Virus record (IMG/VR): IMGVR_UViG_3300037313_000311
Coordinates: 1 to 32,765 of that record
Length of the DNA stretch: 32,765 nucleotides
Direction: 5' to 3' (one strand)
Origin: a virus
Taxonomy: Duplodnaviria; Caudoviricetes
Below, piece after piece: positions 1-7,545 of the stretch (position 1 is its first letter; each line of letters begins with the position of its first letter). A program made the position numbers and the translations under genes. The notes under the pieces were generated by a model. That model did not search any database. It saw nothing but the letters and a program-made list of their open reading frames with translations, and was not told the DNA's origin.

Positions 1-105
1 GACGATAGGTCCGTAACGATCATATTTTCGCTCGCGTTTTTGTTTCTGGGGCTCCTCCAAACATTCTTTGTCACTAACCCAAACGTTGCCATTGTTCGAT
101 TTCAT
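1..105 (-). CDS. hypothetical protein, partial (runs off left end)
   Basis: ATG at 105 with GAGGGTG Shine-Dalgarno (SD)-like sequence upstream; open to the window edge (MKSNNGNVWVSDKECLEEPQKQ...). Confidence 0.5.
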   Translation of the reverse strand, partial: MKSNNGNVWVSDKECLEEPQKQKRERKYDRYGPIV

Positions 106-123
106 GTCACCCTCGATTTTCGG

Positions 124-336
124 TCAAGAGCGCGGTGGCGGATCGGGCCACCCTTCCCAGCGGTCGGCCGGGTCTGAATAATCTTCGTGGCTGTGGTGGT
201 CGCAGGCGTACCGGGTATCGTCTGGGCACCCGGTGGCCTCGCCATGATATTCGCTTAGCTCATGCGACCAAAGCCACCCTTCGCCGTCGCATTTGGGACA
301 GCCCTTAAACGGTCGCCAGATCGGGTTAAGTCTCAC
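124..336 (-). CDS. small Cys-rich (CxxCxGxG) hypothetical phage protein
   Basis: ORF 124..375 with CPKCDGEG motif; likely GTG start at 336 after GGAGAG SD, overlapping the end of the upstream gene. Confidence 0.6.
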   Translation of the reverse strand: MRLNPIWRPFKGCPKCDGEGWLWSHELSEYHGEATGCPDDTRYACDHHSHEDYSDPADRWEGWPDPPPRS

Positions 337-631
337 TGTCGCGCTCTCCATTCGTGACCGGCGTGCATATTCCAATCAGGTGGCGTTTCGCAGATCCCCA
401 AGAGCCGTTCGCCTTCTTTGGATTCGCGTAGACCCATCCCCATTCCGGCCGATCGACCTCGATTACTCGGTATTCTTTCCCGTCCCGATCATACCGGACC
501 ACATCGCCGACTTTGATGGGGCATAGCGATATCTGCAGCTCACGGATGGCATTCCGAACTTGGTTTAGCTCAGCGACAAGATCGTTCTCGCGCTGTTCTA
601 AGTCCTTGATGGCCTCTTGGGCGGTTTTCAT
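326..631 (-). CDS. hypothetical protein (N-terminal coiled coil, SH3-like 'CPIKVGDVV' C-terminal part)
   Basis: ORF 326..736 trimmed to ATG 631 (MKTAQEAIKDLEQRE...), GGAAAG upstream. Confidence 0.7.
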   Translation of the reverse strand: MKTAQEAIKDLEQRENDLVAELNQVRNAIRELQISLCPIKVGDVVRYDRDGKEYRVIEVDRPEWGWVYANPKKANGSWGSAKRHLIGICTPVTNGERDSET

Positions 632-662
632 GTGTATCTTTCCGTTTCTACTGATGTCTGGT

Positions 663-773
663 CTACGGGTATTCGTGCTCGGGTTCTTCGAGCCGCCTGA
701 TGATCTTCCGCAATAGCCGGGCCATTTTGGCGGCATGTTTCCGACCCTTCCGGTTGTCCATAAAAACGCGCAT
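663..773 (-). CDS. small basic hypothetical protein (36 aa)
   Basis: Translated by hand: MRVFMDNRKGRKHAAKMARLLRKIIRRLEEPEHEYP*; fills the gap between co-oriented genes; alternative GTG start at 791. Confidence 0.4.
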   Translation of the reverse strand: MRVFMDNRKGRKHAAKMARLLRKIIRRLEEPEHEYP

Positions 774-797
774 CAGCGGATTCCTTGCCACTCCGGG

Positions 798-1220
798 CTA
801 TATGCCGTCACCTTCAAAAATCTCCACGCAGGCGAGAATCTTCCGCCTATGGGTGTCTGGCGGGTTGGCAGAAAGGGCAAGCCTCGCGCACAGATCGGCG
901 TGCTCTCGGCTTGGAGACAGCCGTTCATCAACAAGAATGCTGCCGTCGGTGTCGCGCATAACGTTGATCCAGCCGAGGCTCTTGCGGGACGAAAGTGCGG
1001 CGTCGATCTCAGCCACCATACCGTAGTGGTCCTTATCGACGTAGTTCCGGGTTTGCCGGAGCAGAGCCCGCAGCTTCAGAACCTCACGGACAAGCCAGCC
1101 TGTTGTCTCCACGTTGACTGGAACAAGTCCACCAGGGCTGAAGATCATTTCATAGTCAGTGGACATCGCCCTCTCAATCTGAGTCTTGTTGTCGCCTGGC
1201 CATTTGTAATCATCGCTCAT
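798..1220 (-). CDS. hypothetical phage protein
   Basis: 140-aa ORF co-oriented with the gene block. Confidence 0.65.
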   Translation of the reverse strand: MSDDYKWPGDNKTQIERAMSTDYEMIFSPGGLVPVNVETTGWLVREVLKLRALLRQTRNYVDKDHYGMVAEIDAALSSRKSLGWINVMRDTDGSILVDERLSPSREHADLCARLALSANPPDTHRRKILACVEIFEGDGI

Positions 1221-1250
1221 GTTTGGTGTTTCGCTTTGTTTGAATGATCG

Positions 1251-1616
1251 CTAGGGCAGCGGGTCGAGCGGCTGCCAGTGCGTAGGGTTGAATGGATGTT
1301 CCGGCGCCATCTCGTTGACGCTAGTGTAAAAGCCGGGCTCGTCGGGGTCGTTAAACCAATGGACGACGGTCGGCGGATGCGTGTTGACCGTAACGCGAAT
1401 GCCAATCGGAATTCGGCAGGCAAGAATGTGGCTTCCGTCCTTCGGGGCGGTTTCAATCGGCTTCCATCGCCGCTTTGCCTCTAAGTATTTGTCGGCTAGG
1501 ATGGCGTCAGCGATGCGCCCAGCACCATCATCCCAATTGTCGCCCATGCGGTAGTGGCTCGGGGCAGGGTCGTATTCGTTGCGGATCAGATCCATCCATT
1601 CTTCCCGCTCGCTCAT
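1251..1616 (-). CDS. DUF551-like phage protein
   Basis: WKPIETAPKDG...PTHWQPL motifs typical of this phage family; GGGAGG SD and ATGA overlap with the upstream gene. Confidence 0.8.
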   Translation of the reverse strand: MSEREEWMDLIRNEYDPAPSHYRMGDNWDDGAGRIADAILADKYLEAKRRWKPIETAPKDGSHILACRIPIGIRVTVNTHPPTVVHWFNDPDEPGFYTSVNEMAPEHPFNPTHWQPLDPLP

Positions 1617-1777
1617 GACTTCCTCCCATCACACCAACCTTCGACGTATTCGCGGGCACAGAGTATCTTCGTCCGGCGCTCAGCGTCGTCCTTGTAGCTC
1701 CACCCGCGAAGCTCTTTGCCGTTAAGGCGGACGGAGATTGTTCCATCATCAAAATCAATGACGGTAGGCTGCCCCAT
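1613..1777 (-). CDS. hypothetical protein (54 aa)
   Basis: Hand translation MGQPTVIDFDDGTISVRLNGKELRGWSYKDDAERRTKILCAREYVEGWCDGRKS*; GGAGAG SD; ATGA overlap with the next gene. Confidence 0.7.
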   Translation of the reverse strand: MGQPTVIDFDDGTISVRLNGKELRGWSYKDDAERRTKILCAREYVEGWCDGRKS

Positions 1778-1789
1778 ATCGCTCTCCAT

Positions 1790-1959
1790 ATGACGCTTGA
1801 TGCGTCTGTTGCTGTTTTCGATAGCGGACAGGTTTTCCGCTAACTGGTTTCACTGATTACAGAATTGCCCAAAGGCCACGCAGTCCTAGGCAGTCCGTAC
1901 ATAGTCTTAAGATATTGGAATATCTAAGCTTTAAAATCCGTCCGCGATCCGTCCGCTAT
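1790..1959. other. putative attP region
   Basis: AT-richer intergenic gap directly 3' of the integrase, with tandem ATCCGTCCGC (1936-1945, 1947-1956), inverted ATAGCGGAC/GTCCGCTAT (1821-1829/1951-1959) and an AGATATT-GG-AATATCT dyad; phage-type genes on both sides. Confidence 0.5.
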
Positions 1960-3225
1960 TCACGTTTCAGGTTTGTTTCTGCCCTTCGCCCGAAGGGCCA
2001 TGACCGCAGCAATCTTCTGCGCCGATCCCCTCGAATAGTTCTGGGTTTGCGAGATATTACTGTGGGTTGCGGCCTGCCGTACCCATTCGATGTCAACGCC
2101 CAGGTTGGTCGCTTCCGTGATGGCGCCGGCTCGCGTGTCCATATTCTTGACCGACTTCGGGACGCCTGCTGAGTTCGCGAGCTTGCGCCACTTCCGGCGG
2201 AACTCGGTATTGCGGTATGGCCAGGCGTTGACCTCGCATAGGATGACCGGCCCGGAGGCGGGCATAGCGGCACGGTCGGTCGTGCCGAACATGCGCTGGA
2301 GTTCCTCCATAACCATCGGCGCCAGCCGTAGGTCGATCTCAACCCTCTTCGTGCGCTTGCTGGTGACATGGCGCATGACAAGGTTCTCGTCGATCTTTTC
2401 CCAACGCAGGCCCGTCACCCACTTCTTGACCTTCTTCTGGCCTTTGAATTTTCGGGTTTGGACGACATCCGAGACGCCTGGCTCGTTGACGGGGATCCAT
2501 TCCCCGATGACATCCTTCTGGCGCATGGTGCATTCGAACTGGATGGCCTGGGCGAGGGCAATGAAGGGCCAGCCCCGCTCGTGTGCCTTCTGTCGGATGG
2601 CTATGGCCTGCTCGGCGGACAGGGCGACCTCTCGCGGCCGAGTACCATCATACTTTTGGCTGGCGACGGCTCCGGCCAGTCTAGCGCAATCATCGTCGCC
2701 CAATATGCCAGCCCCAAACCGGAAGAGGGTGCGAAGCGTGGCGACGAACGCGGAGCCGGCGGCCACCTTAAGCCCGTTGTCGCTCCATTCCCTGTACCAT
2801 GAGGGGATCATGCGGGCGGTGATGTCCGATAGCATCACGTCCCCGAAGCGTTCGTCGATGCGCCTCAGAAGGGCTGCTCTACCCTGCCGGGCTTCGTACC
2901 GCTTCCTATGGAAGGCGGACTCCGGGTCGGTCTGATATTTCTCGATCAGATTGCTCAGTGTAACGAGCGGCCCCGCACCAAATTCCCGCTCGCGGCTCCA
3001 GATGAGCATCGCCGATTGGAGCTCTTGGCACTGCGAAGATATTTCCAGCTTGTCGATCTCTTCGAGTTCGGCGCCTTCCCAAAGCTTCTTGGCGCCTGGG
3101 GCGTAGCCCTTCTTCACCAAGTCACTGCGAGCCTGCCAATAGGCCACCCACGTCTTAGCTCGCGAGCGTTCGCGCCATACTAGGCCCGGCGCATCCTCGA
3201 CGCGGGGCGGCGTGCGTTCAGTCAT
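1960..3225 (-). CDS. int: tyrosine recombinase (phage integrase)
   Basis: 421 aa; catalytic-type pattern R (CTMRQKD), K (TSKR), MDTR in the HxxR position, H (ATHSN), Y (TQNYSR); GGGAGG SD; near an excisionase. Confidence 0.9.
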   Translation of the reverse strand: MTERTPPRVEDAPGLVWRERSRAKTWVAYWQARSDLVKKGYAPGAKKLWEGAELEEIDKLEISSQCQELQSAMLIWSREREFGAGPLVTLSNLIEKYQTDPESAFHRKRYEARQGRAALLRRIDERFGDVMLSDITARMIPSWYREWSDNGLKVAAGSAFVATLRTLFRFGAGILGDDDCARLAGAVASQKYDGTRPREVALSAEQAIAIRQKAHERGWPFIALAQAIQFECTMRQKDVIGEWIPVNEPGVSDVVQTRKFKGQKKVKKWVTGLRWEKIDENLVMRHVTSKRTKRVEIDLRLAPMVMEELQRMFGTTDRAAMPASGPVILCEVNAWPYRNTEFRRKWRKLANSAGVPKSVKNMDTRAGAITEATNLGVDIEWVRQAATHSNISQTQNYSRGSAQKIAAVMALRAKGRNKPET

Positions 3226-3431
3226 TTTGCCCTCCCTATTGAAATGATGTCGTCCGCCGTGATTTTGCCCGCCAGCATCAGGCGAAGGATAATTGCGACC
3301 GGCTCCGGAACGGAACGCTCACCAATCGCCCAGCGTCGGGCCGTTCTTGGATCTGATCCGAAAAGCCTTGCCGCCCCGACCTGTGAAAGGCCGAGGCGGT
3401 CGATGGCGTTCTGAAACTGTTTGGCGGTCAT
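3222..3431 (-). CDS. small XRE/Cro-type HTH regulator
   Basis: LGLSQVGAARLFGSDPRTARRWAIGERSVP helix-turn-helix; ATGA overlap with int. Confidence 0.85.
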   Translation of the reverse strand: MTAKQFQNAIDRLGLSQVGAARLFGSDPRTARRWAIGERSVPEPVAIILRLMLAGKITADDIISIGRAK

Positions 3432-3629
3432 TTATGACGTTTTCTCGCCTGCGCGAATTGCGTTGAGAAACCCAACGACATCATCGCGATAAAAGATTTC
3501 CCCTTCGCAATAGCGAACGGTTTGATAGGCCCCTTCGGAGAGAAGGCCAGTGCCGTGCCTGGCAAGCTTGCAAGCGGTCTGATATTCGCGCTCGGTAACC
3601 TTCATGACGCCGTAAGTTTTCTCAGTCAT
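3432..3629 (-). CDS. hypothetical cargo protein (65 aa) of the HTH cassette
   Basis: ATG 3629 after GGAGAG SD; stop abuts the HTH start. Confidence 0.7.
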   Translation of the reverse strand: MTEKTYGVMKVTEREYQTACKLARHGTGLLSEGAYQTVRYCEGEIFYRDDVVGFLNAIRAGEKTS

Positions 3630-3672
3630 TTCGCTCTCCATTGCCGGGCAGGATTGCCCTTGCAGTAGGATT

Positions 3673-3710
3673 TATATAGGGCATTCGGCCCTAGGTGTCA
3701 AGTGGCCCTA
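3673..3710 (-). promoter_or_regulatory. near-consensus sigma70 promoter with overlapping palindromic operator
   Basis: Minus strand TTGACA (3701-3696), 17 nt, TATATA (3678-3673); perfect dyad TAGGGC-N5-GCCCTA at 3677-3693 plus a third GCCCTA half-site at 3705-3710. Confidence 0.8.
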
Positions 3711-3930
3711 TTAGACCATTTCGCTTATCCAACCACATCTTCACCGCCGGCCAATAGCGCCTGTCCCCAAAAAGCGGTTGTTTCCGTGGAAAACCGTACT
3801 TGGATTCCAGGCCCGGCAGGATCTTGCGCATATGCTTTTCCGGCACGCCGAGGCGACGGATCAGTTCAGCATCGCTGAGATACAGCTTGCCCTGTTCGCG
3901 CTCGATTGTCTCGGGTGCCGGGGTGGTCAT
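3691..3930 (-). CDS. xis: excisionase-like winged-helix DNA-binding protein
   Basis: LYLSDAELIRRLGV...GFPRKQPLFGDRRYWPAVKMWLD; small, basic, upstream of int. Confidence 0.75.
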   Translation of the reverse strand: MTTPAPETIEREQGKLYLSDAELIRRLGVPEKHMRKILPGLESKYGFPRKQPLFGDRRYWPAVKMWLDKRNGLIGPLDT

Positions 3931-3932
3931 GC

Positions 3933-4172
3933 TTATCTCACGTTGTTCGCTGGCAAGTCGCGGGTCCACTTCAGATGATTCCGGCCGTACACAATCCAAA
4001 GCGCAATGTTCATCGGCAACAGGCCCCAAGCGCCAACGACGTAAATCCAGATCAACCAGAGCAATTGATTACCCAGCCCGATGAGCCAAGCTTTTGGATG
4101 CTTATTGCCGGCAAGCAATGTCATCCAAATCGTAATGGCTGAGAGCAGCCAGGGCAGATAGGTGGCAATCAT
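3933..4172 (-). CDS. small 3-TM membrane protein, PnuC-like half
   Basis: Three hydrophobic segments with AWLIGLGNQLLW and terminal YGRNHLKW pattern. Confidence 0.6.
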   Translation of the reverse strand: MIATYLPWLLSAITIWMTLLAGNKHPKAWLIGLGNQLLWLIWIYVVGAWGLLPMNIALWIVYGRNHLKWTRDLPANNVR

Positions 4173-4194
4173 GCTTTGCTCTTTCAATTTTTCG

Positions 4195-4374
4195 TCAAGT
4201 CCGTGGCGGTGGCGGCACTTGTTCGAGTGCCTCTTTCAAGATTTGATGTAGCTCATCGGTCGTATCGACAACCTTGGTCGACGCCTGTCCGGTCCCATCG
4301 CAGGCAGAGCAGTAGACCTCACCCGTGACGTGATTGTCGGTAAGCCCTGTGCCGTAGCATTCCTTGCATCGCAT
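4195..4374 (-). CDS. DnaJ-type zinc-finger small protein (59 aa)
   Basis: Hand translation MRCKECYGTG...YCSACDGTGQ... has two CxxCxGxG motifs; TGATG overlap. Confidence 0.7.
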   Translation of the reverse strand: MRCKECYGTGLTDNHVTGEVYCSACDGTGQASTKVVDTTDELHQILKEALEQVPPPPRT

Positions 4375-4676
4375 CAGCGGCCTCCAGAAGAAGACAAAAG
4401 AGCAGTTCTAGCGCGCCGCAGCGTGTCCTGTATCGCGGGACTGTCCGCGTCTTGGTAGGCCATGACCAACTCAGCCAGCGGGCCTCGCAGCGCCTCGATC
4501 TTCTGTTGAGCCTGCAAAAGGCACTGTCTAAAAAACTGGATCTCGTCATTCAGCCCGTCGATAACGTTCTTATTATAGTTCGCCTCTCGGGCAGCCATTT
4601 GGGCCTTCCATTCTTGATGGTTCATTTCTCGCGCCTCCTTTGCGCTTTTGATCAGTCGGCGGCCCAACTTTGTCAT
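4374..4676 (-). CDS. hypothetical coiled-coil protein
   Basis: 100-aa ORF with overlaps at both ends. Confidence 0.7.
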   Translation of the reverse strand: MTKLGRRLIKSAKEAREMNHQEWKAQMAAREANYNKNVIDGLNDEIQFFRQCLLQAQQKIEALRGPLAELVMAYQDADSPAIQDTLRRARTALLSSSGGR

Positions 4677-4936
4677 CCTCGGTCAGCCGGAGAGTACGCG
4701 GGAAGGTCACTGACTTTGATAGTAATGGAGCCGCATTCTCCTCCCCCGCCTAACGTGTTGCCGGAAGAGTTAATTTCGGCCTCTGGCTTCCAACCCAGAG
4801 CCTTCGCCAGTGCCAGCGTCTCGGCCGCCTTGATGGCAAAGAAGATAGCGTTCACTTCATCGCCCTTTTCGCGTGCGACCAGGGCCGCGTCCGCAAGCTT
4901 GACCGACAGTTCTCCAATCTGTGATGCGCCGCTCAT
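4673..4936 (-). CDS. hypothetical protein
   Basis: 87-aa ORF, AGGAG SD, ATGA overlaps. Confidence 0.7.
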   Translation of the reverse strand: MSGASQIGELSVKLADAALVAREKGDEVNAIFFAIKAAETLALAKALGWKPEAEINSSGNTLGGGGECGSITIKVSDLPAYSPADRG

Positions 4937-5094
4937 GCCCCGCTCCTAGAAATGATGGCCCCACGTAGTCGCCAGAGTCTAGAATGGCGGTACGCACTGC
5001 GTCTGTTCGCACGCTGGCGTATTGGTTCTCGTAACCCTTGCGGGCGAACCAACAGAGGCCGGGGCCGACCTGAATTCATTATTTGCTCTCTCAT
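4933..5094 (-). CDS. arginine-rich peptide (53 aa)
   Basis: Hand translation MREQIMNSGRPRPLLVRPQGLREPIRQRANRRSAYRHSRLWRLRGAIISRSGA*; ATGA overlaps at both ends. Confidence 0.6.
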   Translation of the reverse strand: MREQIMNSGRPRPLLVRPQGLREPIRQRANRRSAYRHSRLWRLRGAIISRSGA

Positions 5095-5414
5095 GACTGT
5101 TTCGGACATCCCACATCTCGGAAACTGCGAACGGCCTCATCAATCATGTCGTCGTCAGGCGGGCCGAACTCCGCCACGTAAGCTTGGAGGGCAGCCTTCC
5201 TGCGCTCATAGAAGGCCGCATATTCTTGTTGCCGCTTCTCGATCAACTTCCATTCCAGATCATCGAGGCTGCAGGCTTTATGCTGCGTAAGATAACCTTG
5301 GTCGATCTGGCGATATCGGAAGGCTCCCTCCGTGATCGGTTTCCGGCACGCAGTACACACCATCGTGCCTGCGGTGCAGATGCTTGCGTCTGAATAATCC
5401 CAGCGCTTAGCCAT
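5091..5414 (-). CDS. Zn-binding hypothetical protein
   Basis: CTACRKPI...HKAC motif. Confidence 0.7.
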   Translation of the reverse strand: MAKRWDYSDASICTAGTMVCTACRKPITEGAFRYRQIDQGYLTQHKACSLDDLEWKLIEKRQQEYAAFYERRKAALQAYVAEFGPPDDDMIDEAVRSFRDVGCPKQS

Positions 5415-5586
5415 TGTCAGTTTCCATCACCTGGGGAGTGTGACGGGGGTCGTAGGCGTAGAAGCCGGCATACCCCAAGATCCAAAGCGAAAATTTGCCG
5501 TACAGCGACCGATGCGTCATCGGCAGCGGCAGCGCGAGATAGGCGCGATAGCAAAGCCAGCACCAAAACCAGTGCAGATGTTTCAT
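5407..5586 (-). CDS. hypothetical hydrophobic/aromatic protein
   Basis: MKHLHWFWCWLCY... start at ATGA overlap 5586 with GGGGA SD. Confidence 0.6.
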   Translation of the reverse strand: MKHLHWFWCWLCYRAYLALPLPMTHRSLYGKFSLWILGYAGFYAYDPRHTPQVMETDNG

Positions 5587-5765
5587 CGTGTCCCCCGATC
5601 TTGCGAAGAGTCCGGCGCCATGGCCGCGAGTTTGCGTTCCGCCCATTCGAGATTGGAGGCGCAATAACAGTTCATTTCAGGTGGGCACTCGCAGCGCTCG
5701 CATGCGTCGATCAGCGCCCGAAGTTCAACGCGGGTCAGCGCGTCGTGTGTTTCCTTAGAGATCAT
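5583..5765 (-). CDS. small Cys-rich protein
   Basis: CERCEC...CYC; ATGA overlaps, GGAGG SD. Confidence 0.65.
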   Translation of the reverse strand: MISKETHDALTRVELRALIDACERCECPPEMNCYCASNLEWAERKLAAMAPDSSQDRGTR

Positions 5766-5974
5766 TGTTCGCCTCCGCGATCTGGGCGCGTGTCGGAAAG
5801 CGCGTCTTGGGCATCGTGGACGAGCGCTTCAATTCTGGCATTCTTGAAATAGGGAAGTTCGGTGACGCGGCGGGCTATGTCGCGCAGATCCGCGTTCTCG
5901 TTCGTTAGCCGCATGATCGTCAGTAAGTATTCTTCCTTGGTGGCTTTCAGTTCGGCAATTTCTTCGTCTGTCAT
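5762..5974 (-). CDS. hypothetical coiled-coil protein
   Basis: 70-aa ORF, ATGA overlaps. Confidence 0.7.
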   Translation of the reverse strand: MTDEEIAELKATKEEYLLTIMRLTNENADLRDIARRVTELPYFKNARIEALVHDAQDALSDTRPDRGGEQ

Positions 5975-6048
5975 GGTCCAACCCCCATAAGAAGAATGGC
6001 GCCGATGAAAATGGCGGCGGTTGCGAGAATGGCGGCAAAGCGGATCAT
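5971..6048 (-). CDS. single-TM microprotein (25 aa)
   Basis: MIRFAAILATAAIFIGAILLMGVGP*; ATGA overlaps at both ends. Confidence 0.6.
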   Translation of the reverse strand: MIRFAAILATAAIFIGAILLMGVGP

Positions 6049-6458
6049 TCGCTGTTGCCTAGCGTCGATGTGTCCAAGGTGGCAATTCGATTGCTGCTCT
6101 GTATCGGCGCGCCTGACATCACCACGCACAGATCAAAGATGCGCTGGGCGCAGCGGCGCCTCATTTCCTCGTAATGCGGACAATCGACGCCAAGATAATC
6201 GTCTAAGATCGGCTCAATCTGCTCGGGCGTCGGTATTAGCTCTGTCGTTCTTTGGGCAAGATCGGAAGGCCGCCAATTCCACTGCGCCGCGGCTTCTTCC
6301 TTCGAGGTCTTTCGATAGTCACAGCGGCAATCGCATTCGCGACATTCCACGCCATATCTGAATCCGATCGGCGGGAAATCCTGCTCAATGAAACTCGCCC
6401 TGGATTGGCAGAGCGGGCACGGCTTCAGTGTTGAGGTCTCAGGAGAACTCTGGCTCAT
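6045..6458 (-). CDS. Lar-family restriction-alleviation-like zinc-ribbon protein
   Basis: LKPCPLC...VECREC...EEAAAQWNWR signature; GGAGG SD, ATG 6458. Confidence 0.75.
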   Translation of the reverse strand: MSQSSPETSTLKPCPLCQSRASFIEQDFPPIGFRYGVECRECDCRCDYRKTSKEEAAAQWNWRPSDLAQRTTELIPTPEQIEPILDDYLGVDCPHYEEMRRRCAQRIFDLCVVMSGAPIQSSNRIATLDTSTLGNSE

Positions 6459-6535
6459 TCCACCCTCCAAATGCAGCGGTAGACAAGATCAACCAGGATC
6501 AGGCAGACAAAGCTGATCTTCTGTCTTGAGGTCAT
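6455..6535 (-). CDS. hydrophobic microprotein (26 aa)
   Basis: MTSRQKISFVCLILVDLVYRCIWRVE*; ATGA overlaps at both ends. Confidence 0.55.
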   Translation of the reverse strand: MTSRQKISFVCLILVDLVYRCIWRVE

Positions 6536-6624
6536 TTTACGAACTCCAAAATCGGCCAAACGATCAGATACAGGCCGGCGCCAATAGCGCCGATGATCAG
6601 AAGCTGGAATGTCGTGCTGGTCAT
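6532..6624 (-). CDS. single-TM microprotein (30 aa)
   Basis: MTSTTFQLLIIGAIGAGLYLIVWPILEFVK*; ATGA overlaps at both ends. Confidence 0.6.
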   Translation of the reverse strand: MTSTTFQLLIIGAIGAGLYLIVWPILEFVK

Positions 6625-6920
6625 CGTTCCCTCAATGTCATTGCCAGGATGAATGGATTGATCCCTTGGCACTTCCACCACTCAAGCTCGTTTCCGAATG
6701 AGTGTTGTTCTCGGTGGTGCTTCCCGCACAAAGGAACTGCCCATTTGTCTGATGGCTTCTCGGCCATTCCGGTGTGAAGCTTTCCGTTCTCAATCGACGC
6801 TGATCGAATGTGCGCCGCCTCGGTTGCGGTATTGTCTCCGCAGATGCAGCACGGTAGGGAGCGGATGTAATCCAAGTGCTTGTTGTCGCGCTCTCTTGGT
6901 TGACGTTGGCGTAAGGTCAC
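6621..6920 (-). CDS. DUF968/HNH-like putative nuclease
   Basis: HLDYIRSLPCCICG...EAAHIR...KPSDKWAVPLCGKHHREQH. Confidence 0.8.
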   Translation of the reverse strand: MTLRQRQPRERDNKHLDYIRSLPCCICGDNTATEAAHIRSASIENGKLHTGMAEKPSDKWAVPLCGKHHREQHSFGNELEWWKCQGINPFILAMTLRER

Positions 6921-7240
6921 AGCTTCATCTCTGCCCGTTTAGTGGCCTCTTCGCTCTGCCACTCGTTGAACCGCATCCGAACCCACTCAAGCTTGACCTT
7001 GGCCAGGTTCGCCGCTGTCCTTGCGTTGACCATGCCGGCGATCCAATCGTGCCACTCCTGCGAACCCTTCACGATCTGCTCGGCCCGGTTAACGGGGATG
7101 TCGCCGAGCGCTCCCATCCGCTGAGCAAGAACAGCCGTCTTGGTTTCTTCAAGCATCGAGGCGGCGGCGTCCTTATCGACCCAATCCTTGGCCGCCAGAC
7201 GGAATTGCTCGCTGAGTGGTGCGTTGCTCAACCACGCCAC
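6917..7240 (-). CDS. helical protein of the recombination module
   Basis: 107-aa helical ORF between the SSB-like and nuclease genes. Confidence 0.7.
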   Translation of the reverse strand: MAWLSNAPLSEQFRLAAKDWVDKDAAASMLEETKTAVLAQRMGALGDIPVNRAEQIVKGSQEWHDWIAGMVNARTAANLAKVKLEWVRMRFNEWQSEEATKRAEMKL

Positions 7241-7545
7241 TCCATATGGAACGGGATGTCGTCTGACATATCGTCATTGCGGCGAGGACGGCCCGTCGAA
7301 ATCGGATCTTCGCGTCTGACCTTTCCGCCGGGTGTGTAAGAGTGTCGGCCCGTCGAAGCCATCTGTTCGCCAATCGGCTTGATGTTGCCGGAGATAAACT
7401 TGCCGTTCGGACCGTCCTTGATCCATCCGTTCAGCCAGTATTCCTTGCCTTCGACATTGATCTTGCCTTGGTAGTCGGCGTGACTGTCCTGCTGCTTGTT
7501 GGCGGCCTTATTCAAGGTCCAGCGGTTTGTATTGTCGTATGCCAT
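7228..7545 (-). CDS. single-stranded DNA-binding protein-like (DUF736-type)
   Basis: DYQGKINVEGKEYWLNGWIK core, acidic DDIPF near the C-terminus; adjacent to the annealing-protein gene. Confidence 0.7.
   Translation of the reverse strand: MAYDNTNRWTLNKAANKQQDSHADYQGKINVEGKEYWLNGWIKDGPNGKFISGNIKPIGEQMASTGRHSYTPGGKVRREDPISTGRPRRNDDMSDDIPFHMEWRG

Noticed and set aside
1790-1959. tRNA fragment as att core
   Set aside because: No T-loop GTTCGA or CCA-end pattern visible.
2090-2935. 281-aa + strand ORF
   Set aside because: Antisense shadow of the integrase; no motifs, expected in GC-rich coding DNA.
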